Positions 15,001 through 26,300 of a stretch of DNA of 64,000 nucleotides are shown in pieces. Position numbers and translations under genes: made by a program. The notes under the pieces were generated by a model that saw only the letters and a program-made list of their open reading frames with translations, was not told the origin of the DNA and made no database searches. Numbering within the stretch: position 1 is the first letter of the stretch; each line of letters starts with the position of its first letter. The stretch is from Eimeria praecox (lineage: Eukaryota): assembly GCA_963920595.1 (NCBI GenBank), contig OY986946.1, positions 4,898,001 to 4,962,000 of the forward strand. Direction: 5' to 3'.

Positions 15001-15455
15001 TATACACAGTGGGACATGTTTTACACGCCATCGCAGGATAGCTGAATGATGCCTAGCAGGCAGATAGCACCAAACCGAGCTAAGCACGCAGCTGCTTAGC
15101 AGCTGTGGCCGCGCCAGTCCAACAGCCTTGGGGCAGCACACACCAAAACGCATAGTCGAGGACCACGACAAATATGCAGAACTGTTGATAAAGCACTGTG
15201 GCCATTTCCTGCCAGAGCAGGGCAACTTACTCCCGCATCCGCAATTCATTAAACTTCTGACCCCTAACCAAATGAAGCATTGGCTTGATACTACTAGCGA
15301 TGCCCATGGCCTGCCGCAAATCAGTTTCTACTGAAAGCACGTTGGGACCGAATCCAAAGAACAACATACCCTCTGGCAGCACAAATGCGACGCTCCATGA
15401 GAGCCGAGAGAGATGTGTGCTGCTGCACGTTATGCAGCAAAGGCCAAGCACGCAT
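1..15455. repeat. Tandem macrosatellite with a ~5.07-kb unit: three near-identical copies plus the first ~250 bp of a fourth; probably continues left of the window
   Basis: The same ORFs recur at fixed offsets: 78->5152->10227->15285 (5,074, 5,075, 5,058 bp) and 3721->8795->13870. A 1-bp insertion (TTCAAACGG vs TTCAACGG) is shared by copies 2 and 3 (~9,482 and ~14,557). Copy 3 has a 17-bp deletion near 14,990. Confidence 0.98.
5145..5228 (+). pseudogene. Possible relic of a protein-coding sequence of unknown family (HWLDTTSDAHGLPQISFYWKHVGTESKE), present in every 5-kb unit and, in homologous form, in the satellite monomers
   Basis: Ungapped 28-codon match to 17,380-17,463 with 11 identical residues, 6 of them encoded by different codons. 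The frame is broken in other copies (TGA at ~125 and ~15,332; a 1-bp insertion in the 711-bp monomers). Confidence 0.4.
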
Positions 15456-16885
15456 AAACTGAAAGCTACTGCTGGGAAGACGCTGGCCTGTGCGCCGCTC
15501 GCCGAACAAAGTGCTGCCTTTTCGCCAGCGCGCAGTTACCTGGCGGCCGCACGACCCTATTGTTGGTGCCTCCGCAAACAACTGTTAAAAGTGCTACCTA
15601 TGCTTAGTGTAAGGCGCAAGGTGCAAACAACTCATAGTGGCTTAACACTTAGTCTCCCCATTCATCTTCCAGAGAATATACTTGGTCTGGCGCGACGTTC
15701 TGCAGAAGCCAATACCACTCCATCCTCCTGCCTTTGCTTCAGCGTAACAAACCGAACCCGCATCGCATGCGCACCGATCGCGCTTCAAAGCGTGTCCGAT
15801 AATGCGCGCATTGCTTATTTTCAGTGGACCGCAATGCCGGCTCTCTTGCTCACGCCACAGTTTGCTCTCCAAACAGGAGGCTAGCGTTCAGCCGCAGATC
15901 AGGCCAAAGGCAGTTCCTGATCAGGCACAAACGCAGGCTTGCACCTTGTTCCGGCATATCGCCTGAATGCAAGGGTAGATCCCGACGGATGCGCGCTAAC
16001 TCAATCCTTTCCAGCTATAGCCAACAGTACGAAGTGCTATGCCTACAGATGCGGATGCCTATATGCGCCACACGCCGCTCACCCAGACGCCATACGTGGA
16101 GCCTTCACGCTTTCGCTCCCTAGTGGTAAACTACGCCACCAATGCTTAGAATGCGGCTCAGACGTTCCTCCTACTAGAACTGACCATTCGCTGAAGCTTT
16201 CAGGATTCCCATGCATTCTGTTCCAGCCCCCATGGTTCTCACCCAATAGTGATTGATGCTCATACAAACACGTGAACAAACATGCCATTGAAGTGATCCC
16301 ATCCGCGCAATATTTGACGGGAAGATAGCTCGAGAATATGTGGCACTAAGGATCCTGCATAAAACCTGCACAGAGACAACAGTAAAATGAATCCGCCAGC
16401 TACTTCCGTTCTAGCATTTTGCTCGCCATAGCAAAACGACACAGCACGGCAAATGGATCTTCTAGAACACGCTGCCTCCTCAATTCCTTGTGAGCTTGAC
16501 TGGTGTGGCTTGTCGCGTGTGGCTTGCGCTGCAAGGCTAATAACCATTACATTTCCAACGGTGCAAAGCAGCTAGACCTACGGCCCCATACAGGCAACAA
16601 GTACAGGAGGCAAGCTCCTAGGTCACCAACTAGATTCGCCTTACCCCAATGCTATCTCAGCAGCGTAGCTAATTGTGCAACACGTGGTACGGCGACAATG
16701 AAAGCCACAGGTCAGCCTCTCATCAAGACGTTGCTCACGTCCCGTAGCATCACACCAAGCACGTCACGAACTACACCAGATGGCGCAATCTAGTTACTCC
16801 CCGCCGGCAATTCGTTTCCCGAACATTCGCCAACACTGGGACTCCAGCATGGATCTGCTAAGCAAGCCCCTTCCTCTGAAGGGCA
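15456..16885. repeat. Highly diverged, colinear partial copy of the 5.07-kb unit (equivalent to unit positions ~250-1,660)
   Basis: Anchors keep their order at an offset of about 15,210-15,230: CCTGAATGCAAGG (721 vs 15,962); GATTGAT..ACA.GT.AACAA (1,028 vs 16,250); TGTGGCTTGCG.TGC.AGGCTAAT (1,298 vs 16,518); CTACACCAGATG (1,545 vs 16,771); CAGC.TGG.TCTGCTAA (1,624 vs 16,845). Many substitutions lie between the anchors. Confidence 0.92.
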
Positions 16886-16919
16886 AAGCTCTGTATAAAA
16901 CTCTATGGTACACGGGCAC

Positions 16920-18200
16920 TCGAACGCCGCCTCGCATCCTACACTCCGCCTCTCCACCCTTCATACAACACGCCACCAACCCAAACATAGCACATGCTGA
17001 GTGCAAAATGCTCTACCACGACATCCATAAAATACGCCACAATACACAATGTCAAAATAACATTCCAGCATCAGCACCCCCTTAATAACGGCCCCCAGTC
17101 TGCCCAACTTCGCCAGTCGCACACCCCAGATGTCTCGCCGCCCAGGCATACCCGCAACGCCCAAGGCAAACCGCGCACGACCACATACACAACAGCTTGC
17201 CATTTAACATGCAGAACCAGGAAGGCGACTATGTGTCCCTCCATCCTTATTATCAGTACTCCGCGCACCTCCTTTCATACACAACGACCGGCTCAACAAC
17301 TCCTCCATCAAAGCCAACCGCTCTCCAGTGCAGCCGAGCCTGCCTGCCCCAAATAATCCTGGGGCATGCTGCTCTAGCTCATTGGCTTAATGCCCAAGAT
17401 TCAGCGCATGGTCTTCTGGAAGCTTCCATCGCACAAACATTTGCGCAAACAAATGCAAAGGAGCTTTGCATGAAACCCAATCATGTGTCCCGTCAACGCA
17501 TGCGCTGCAGCACATGTACTACACATCACCATCAACACGACACAGTCACCAGCCAAGGAAGAAACACTTCCCAACCTAACACGCCATGCTGCCCACCAAA
17601 GAAACACAACCTACTCCTTCCACAGCGCTCCTGAAATATTACAAGCTGCACACTGTTCTAACGAACTGCCCCATCCGCTTGGCTCTTGACGCCGTTTCTC
17701 CCCAATCAGACTCACGCATCATATTCACCCTAACGCCGCCTCTCATACTACTACAATCCACATCTCCACCCTTCACACAACACGCCACCAACCCCAGCCT
17801 AGTACCTCCTGCCTTCGCGAAATGCTCTACCACGACACCCAAAAAACAACCCACTATACACACTACAACAATTACAGCCAGCATCAGCACATCCTCCACC
17901 ACGCCACCCCAACTTCCTCACTTCGCCAGTTGCACACCTCAGGTGCATCGCCGTCCAGACATAACCACGACGCCCAAGGCGGATACCGCGCACCACCACA
18001 TACCCAACAGCCTACCACTAAACATGCAAACCCACTACGTGTGTCCGCCATCCCTATTATCAGTACTTAACACACTTCCTCCTATACACAACGACCGGCT
18101 CAACAACTCTTCCATCAAAGTCAACCGCTCTCCAGTGCAGCCGAGCCTGCCTGCCCGAAATAATCCTGGGGCATGCTGCTCTAGCTCATTGGCTTAATGC
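16920..18200. repeat. Diverged ancestral-type edge monomers of the satellite (one partial, one ~808 bp) retaining a ~95-bp segment absent from the 711-bp monomers
   Basis: The segment TCTCCACCCTTCA.ACAACACGCCACCAACCC...AAATGCTCTACCACGACA occurs at ~16,950-17,040 and 17,762-17,856, and in no later monomer that I read. The anchor spacing 17,483->18,291 is 808 bp. Confidence 0.93.
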
Positions 18201-20329
18201 CCAAGATTCAGCGCATGGTCTTCTGGAAGCATCGATCGCACAAACATTTGCGCAAACAAATGCAAAAGGAGCTTTGCATGAAACCCAATCATGTGTCCCG
18301 TCAACGCATGCGCTGCAGCACATGTACTACACATCACCATCAACGCGACACAGTCACTACCCAAGGAAGAAACACTTCCCAACCTAACACGCCATGCTGC
18401 CCACCAAAGAAACACAACCTACTCCTTCCACAGCGCTTCCGAAATATTACAAGCTGCACACTGTTCTAACAGACTGCCCCATCCACCTGGCTCTTGACGC
18501 CGTTCCTCCCCAATCAGACTCACGCACCACACTCACTCTACCGCCGCCTCTCATACTACTACAATCCACTACACACTACAACAATTACATCCAGCATCAG
18601 CACATCCTCCACCACGCCACCCCAACTTCCTCACTTCGCCAGTTGCACACCTCAGGTGCATCACCGTCCAGACATAATCACAACGCCCAAGGAAAATCGC
18701 GCACGACCACATACCCAACAGCCTGTCACTAAACATGCAATTCCACGGCGTGTGTCCGCCATCCCTATTATCAGTACTCAACGCACTTTCTCCTATACAC
18801 AACGACCGGCTCAACAACTCTTCCATCAAAGTCAACCGCTCTCCAGTGTAGCCGAGCCTGCCTGCCCCAAATAATCCTGGGGCATGCTGCTCTAGCTCAT
18901 TGGCTTAATGCCCAAGATTCAGCGCACGGTCTTCTGGAAGCATCGATCGCACAAACATTTGCGCAAACAAATGCAAAAGGAGCTTTGCATGAAACCCAAT
19001 CATGTGTCCCGTCAACGCATGCGCTGCAGCACATGTACTACACATCACCATCAACGCGACACAGTCACTACCCAAGGAAGAAACACTTCCCAACCTAACA
19101 CGCCGTGCTGCCCACCAAAGAAACACAACCTACTCCTTCCACAGCGCTTCCGAAATATTACAAGCTGCACACTGTTCTAACGGACTGCCCCATCCACTTG
19201 GCTCTTGATGCCGTTCCTCCCCAATCAGACTCACGCACCACACTCACTCTACCGCCGCCTCTCATACTACTACAATCCACTACACACTACAACAATTACA
19301 TCCAGCATCAGCACATCCTCCACCACGCCACCCCAACTTCCTCAATTCGCCAGTTGCACACCTCAGGTGCATCGCCGTCCAGGCATAACCACAACGCCCA
19401 AGGAAAATCGCGCACGACCACATACCCAACAGCCTACCATTAAACATGCAATTCCACGGCGTGTGTCCGCCAGCCCTATTATCAGTACTCAGCGCACTTC
19501 CTCCTATACACAACGACCAGCTCAACAACTCTTCCATCGAACCCAACCGCTCTCCAGTGTAGCCGAGCCTGCCTGCCCGAAATAATCCTGGGGCATGCTG
19601 CTCTAGCTCATTGGCTTAATGCCCAACATTCAGCGCACGGCCTTCTGGAAGCATCGATCGCACAAACATTTGTGCAAACAAATGCAAAAGGAGCTTTGCA
19701 TGAAACCCAATCATGTGTCCCGTCAACGCATGCGCTGCAGCACATGTACTACACATCACCATCAACGCGACACAGTCACTACCCAAGGAAGAAACACTTC
19801 CCAACCTAACACGCCATGCTGCCCACCAAAGAAACACAACCTACTCCTTCCACAGCGCTTCCGAAATATTACAAGCTGCACACTGTTCTAACAGACTGCC
19901 CCATCCACCTGGCTCTTGACGCCGTTCCTCCCCAATCAGACTCACGCACCACACTCACTCTACCGCCGCCTCTCATACTACTACAATCCACTACACACTA
20001 CAACAATTACATCCAGCATCAGCACATCCTCCACCACGCCACCCCAACTTCCTCACTTCGCCAGTTGCACACCTCAGGTGCACCGCCGTCCAGACATAAC
20101 CACAACGCCCAAGGAAAATCGCGCACGATCACATACCCAACAGCCTGTCACTAAACATGCAATTCCACGGCGTGTGTCCGCCATCCCTATTATCAGTACT
20201 CAACGCACTTTCTCCTATACACAACGACCGGCTCAACAACTCTTCCATCGAAGCCAACCGCTCTCCAGTGTAGCCGAGCCTGCCTGCCCCAAATAATCCT
20301 GGGGCATGCTGCTCTAGCTCATTGGCTTA

Positions 20330-23300
20330 ATGCCCAAGATTCAGTGCACGGTCTTCTGGAAGCATCGATCGCACAAACATTTGCGCAAACAAATGCAAAA
20401 GGAGCTTTGCATGAAACCCAATCATGTGTCCCGTCAACGCATGCGCTGCAGCACATGTACTACACATCACCATCAACGCGACACAGTCACTACCCAAGGA
20501 AGAAACACTTCCCAACCTAACACGCCGTGCTGCCCACCAAAGAAACACAACCTACTCCTTCCACAGCGCTTCCGAAATATTACAAGCTGCACACTGTTCT
20601 AACGGACTGCCCCATCCACTTGGCTCTTGATGCCGTTCCTCCCCAATCAGACTCACGCACCACACTCACTCTACCGCCGCCTCTCATACTACTACAATCC
20701 ACTACACACTACAACAATTACATCCAGCATCAGCACATCCTCCACCACGCCACCCCAACTTCCTCAATTCGCCAGTTGCACACCTCAGGTGCATCGCCGT
20801 CCAGGCATAACCACAACGCCCAAGGAAAATCGCGCACGACCACATACCCAACAGCCTACCATTAAACATGCAATTCCACGGCGTGTGTCCGCCAGCCCTA
20901 TTATCAGTACTCAGCGCACTTCCTCCTATACACAACGACCAGCTCAACAACTCTTCCATCGAACCCAACCGCTCTCCAGTGTAGCCGAGCCTGCCTGCCC
21001 GAAATAATCCTGGGGCATGCTGCTCTAGCTCATTGGCTTAATGCCCAACATTCAGCGCACGGCCTTCTGGAAGCATCGATCGCACAAACATTTGTGCAAA
21101 CAAATGCAAAAGGAGCTTTGCATGAAACCCAATCATGTGTCCCGTCAACGCATGCGCTGCAGCACATGTACTACACATCACCATCAACGCGACACAGTCA
21201 CTACCCAAGGAAGAAACACTTCCCAACCTAACACGCCATGCTGCCCACCAAAGAAACACAACCTACTCCTTCCACAGCGCTTCCGAAATATTACAAGCTG
21301 CACACTGTTCTAACAGACTGCCCCATCCACCTGGCTCTTGACGCCGTTCCTCCCCAATCAGACTCACGCACCACACTCACTCTACCGCCGCCTCTCATAC
21401 TACTACAATCCACTACACACTACAACAATTACATCCAGCATCAGCACATCCTCCACCACGCCACCCCAACTTCCTCACTTCGCCAGTTGCACACCTCAGG
21501 TGCACCGCCGTCCAGACATAACCACAACGCCCAAGGAAAATCGCGCACGATCACATACCCAACAGCCTGTCACTAAACATGCAATTCCACGGCGTGTGTC
21601 CGCCATCCCTATTATCAGTACTCAACGCACTTTCTCCTATACACAACGACCGGCTCAACAACTCTTCCATCGAAGCCAACCGCTCTCCAGTGTAGCCGAG
21701 CCTGCCTGCCCCAAATAATCCTGGGGCATGCTGCTCTAGCTCATTGGCTTAATGCCCAAGATTCAGTGCACGGTCTTCTGGAAGCATCGATCGCACAAAC
21801 ATTTGCGCAAACAAATGCAAAAGGAGCTTTGCATGAAACCCAATCATGTGTCCCGTCAACGCATGCGCTGCAGCACATGTACTACACATCACCATCAACA
21901 CGACGCAGTCACTACCCAAGGAAGAAACACTTCCCAACCTAACACGCCATGCTGCCCACCAAAGAAACACAACCTACTCCTTCCACAGCGCTCCCGAAAT
22001 ATTACAAGCTGCACACTGTTCTAACGGACTGCCCCATCCACTTCGCTCTTGATGCCGTTCCTCCCCAATCAGACTCACGCACCACACTCACTCTACCGCC
22101 GCCTCTCATACTACTACAATCCACTACACACTACACCAATTACATCCAGCATCAGCACATCCTCCACCACGCCACCCTAACTTCCTCACTTCGCCAGTTG
22201 CACACCTCAGGTGCATCACCGTCCAGACATAACCACAACGCCCAAGGAAAATCGCGCACGACCACATACCCAACAGCCTACCACTAAACATGCAATTCCA
22301 CGGCGTGTGTCCGCCAGCCCTATTATCAGTACTCAGCGCACTTCCTCCTATACACAACGACCGGCTCAACAACTCCTCCATCAAAGCCAACCGCTCTCCA
22401 GTGTAGCCGAGCCTGCCTGCCCCAAATAATCCTGGGGCATGCTGCTCTAGCTCATTGGCTTAATGCCCAACATTCAGCGCACGGTCTTCTGGAAGCATCG
22501 ATCGCACAAACATTTGTGCAAACAAATGCAAAAGGAGCTTTGCATGAAACCCAATCATGTGTCCCGTCAACGCATGCGCTGCAGCACATGTTCTACGCAT
22601 CACCATCAACGCGACACAGTCAGTACCCAAGGAAGAAACACTTCCCAACCTAACACGCCATGCTGCCCACCAAAGAAACACAACCTACTCCTTCCACAGC
22701 GCTCCCGAAATATTACAAGCTGCACACTGTTCTAACGGACTGCCCCATCCACTTCGCTCTTGATGCCGTTCCTCCCCAATCAGACTCACGCACCACACTC
22801 ACTCTACCGCCGCCTCTCATACTACTACAATCCACTACACACTACACCAATTACATCCAGCATCAGCACATCCTCCACCACGCCACCCCAACTTCCTCAC
22901 TTCGCCAGTTGCACACCTCAGGTGCACCGCCGTCCAGACATAACCACAACGCCCAAGGAAAATCGCGCACGATCACATACCCAACAGCCTGTCACTAAAC
23001 ATGCAATTCCACGGCGTGTGTCCGCCATCCCTATTATCAGTACTCAACGCACTTTCTCCTATACACAACGACCGGCTCAACAACTCTTCCATCGAAGCCA
23101 ACCGCTCTCCAGTGTAGCCGAGCCTGCCTGCCCCAAATAATCCTGGGGCATGCTGCTCTAGCTCATTGGCTTAATGCCCAAGATTCAGTGCACGGTCTTC
23201 TGGAAGCATCGATCGCACAAACATTTGCGCAAACAAATGCAAAAGGAGCTTTGCATGAAACCCAATCATGTGTCCCGTCAACGCATGCGCTGCAGCACAT

Positions 23301-26300
23301 GTACTACACATCACCATCAACACGACGCAGTCACTACCCAAGGAAGAAACACTTCCCAACCTAACACGCCATGCTGCCCACCAAAGAAACACAACCTACT
23401 CCTTCCACAGCGCTCCCGAAATATTACAAGCTGCACACTGTTCTAACGGACTGCCCCATCCACTTCGCTCTTGATGCCGTTCCTCCCCAATCAGACTCAC
23501 GCACCACACTCACTCTACCGCCGCCTCTCATACTACTACAATCCACTACACACTACACCAATTACATCCAGCATCAGCACATCCTCCACCACGCCACCCT
23601 AACTTCCTCACTTCGCCAGTTGCACACCTCAGGTGCATCACCGTCCAGACATAACCACAACGCCCAAGGAAAATCGCGCACGACCACATACCCAACAGCC
23701 TACCACTAAACATGCAATTCCACGGCGTGTGTCCGCCAGCCCTATTATCAGTACTCAGCGCACTTCCTCCTATACACAACGACCGGCTCAACAACTCCTC
23801 CATCAAAGCCAACCGCTCTCCAGTGTAGCCGAGCCTGCCTGCCCCAAATAATCCTGGGGCATGCTGCTCTAGCTCATTGGCTTAATGCCCAACATTCAGC
23901 GCACGGTCTTCTGGAAGCATCGATCGCACAAACATTTGTGCAAACAAATGCAAAAGGAGCTTTGCATGAAACCCAATCATGTGTCCCGTCAACGCATGCG
24001 CTGCAGCACATGTACTACGCATCACCATCAACGCGACACAGTCACTACCCAAGGAAGAAACACTTCCCAACCTAACACGCCATGCTGCCCACCAAAGAAA
24101 CACAACCTACTCCTTCCACAGCGCTTCCGAAATATTACAAGCTGCACACTGTTCTAACAGACTGCCCCATCCACCTGGCTCTTGACGCCGTTCCTCCCCA
24201 ATCAGACTCACGCACCACACTCACTCTACCGCCGCCTCTCATACTACTACAATCCACTACACACTACAACAATTACATCCAGCATCAGCACATCCTCCAC
24301 CACGCCACCCCAACTTCCTCACTTCGCCAGTTGCACACCTCAGGTGCACCGCCGTCCAGACATAACCACAACGCTCAAGGAAAATCGCGCACGACCACAT
24401 ACCCAACAGCCTGCCACTAAGCATGCAATTCCACGGCGTGTGTCCGCCATCCCTATTATCAGTACTCAACGCACTTTCTCCTATGCACAACGACCGGCTC
24501 AACAACTCCTCCATCAAAGCCAACCGCTCTCCAGTGTAGCCGAGCCTGCCTGCCCCAAATAATCCTGGGGCATGCTGCTCTAGCTCATTGGCTTAATGCC
24601 CAAGATTCAGCGCACGGTCTTCTGGAAGCATCGATCGCACAAACATTTGCGCAAACAAATGCAAAGGAGCTTTTCATGAAACCCAATCATGTGTCCCGTC
24701 AACGCATGCGCTGCAGCACATGTACTACACATCACCATTAACGCGACACAGTCACTACCCAAGGAAGAAACACTTCCCAACCTAACACGCCATCCTGCCC
24801 ACCAAAGAAACACAACCTACTCCTTCCACAGCGCTTCCGAAATATTACAAGCTGCACACTGTTCTAACAGACTGCCCCATCCACTTGGCTCTTGACGCCG
24901 TTCCTCCCCAATCAGACTCACGCACCACACTCACTCTACCGCCGCCTCTCATACTACTACAATCCACTACACACTACAACAATTACATCCAGCATCAGCA
25001 CATCCTCCACCACGCCACCCCAACTTCCTCACTTCGCCAGTTGCACACCTCAGGTGCACCGCCGTCCAGACATAACCACAACGCCCAAGGAAAATCGCGC
25101 ACGACCACATACCCAACAGCCTACCACTAAACATGCAATTCCACGGCGTGCGTCCGCCAGCCCTATTATCAGTTCTCGGCGCACTTCCTCCTATACACAA
25201 CGACCAGCTCAACAACTCTTCCATCAAAGCCAACCGCTCTCCAGTGTAGCCGAGCCTGCCTGCCCGAAATAATCCTGGGGCATGCTGCTCTAGCTCATTG
25301 GCTTAATGCCCAAGATTCAGCGCACGGTCTTCTGGAAGCATCGATCGCACAAACATTTGCGCAAACAAATGCAAAAGGAGCTTTGCATGAAACCCAATCA
25401 TGTGTCCCGTCAACGCATGCGCTGCAGCACATGTACTACACATCACCATCAACGCGACACAGTCACTACCCAAGGAAGAAACACTTCCCAACCTAACACG
25501 CCGTGCTGCCCACCAAAGAAACACAACCTACTCCTTCCACAGCGCTTCCGAAATATTACAAGCTGCACACTGTTCTAACAGACTGCCCCATCCACTTGGC
25601 TCTTGATGCCGTTCCTCCCCAATCAGACTCACGCACCACACTCACTCTACCGCCGCCTCTCATACTACTACAATCCACTACACACTACAACAATTACATC
25701 CAGCATCAGCACATCCTCCACCACGCCACCCCAACTTCCTCAATTCGCCAGTTGCACACCTCAGGTGCATCGCCGTCCAGGCATAACCACAACGCCCAAG
25801 GAAAATCGCGCACGACCACATACCCAACAGCCTACCATTAAACATGCAATTCCACGGCGTGTGTCCGCCAGCCCTATTATCAGTACTCAGCGCACTTCCT
25901 CCTATACACAACGACCAGCTCAACAACTCTTCCATCGAACCCAACCGCTCTCCAGTGTAGCCGAGCCTGCCTGCCCGAAATAATCCTGGGGCATGCTGCT
26001 CTAGCTCATTGGCTTAATGCCCAACATTCAGCGCACGGCCTTCTGGAAGCATCGATCGCACAAACATTTGTGCAAACAAATGCAAAAGGAGCTTTGCATG
26101 AAACCCAATCATGTGTCCCGTCAACGCATGCGCTGCAGCACATGTACTACACATCACCATCAACGCGACACAGTCACTACCCAAGGAAGAAACACTTCCC
26201 AACCTAACACGCCATGCTGCCCACCAAAGAAACACAACCTACTCCTTCCACAGCGCTTCCGAAATATTACAAGCTGCACACTGTTCTAACAGACTGCCCC

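Noticed and set aside
1..15455. 5-kb unit as rDNA or a tandem LTR retrotransposon
   Set aside because: No conserved rRNA motifs, terminal repeats, primer-binding site or pol motifs were recognisable.
17380..17520. H-x8-H-x32-C-x2-C pattern (and FYW in the 5-kb homologue) resembling a retroelement integrase zinc finger
   Set aside because: The spacing does not fit Ty3/gypsy integrases well, the CxxC is absent from the 5-kb homologue, and no RT, RNase H or DDE motifs or LTRs were seen.
18902..18922. GGCTTAATGCCCAAGATTCAG resembles the nematode SL1 leader GGTTTAATTACCCAAGTTTGAG, suggesting a spliced-leader RNA gene array
   Set aside because: The match needs four mismatches and a gap. No GT donor directly follows the AG, and no Sm-binding site is visible downstream.
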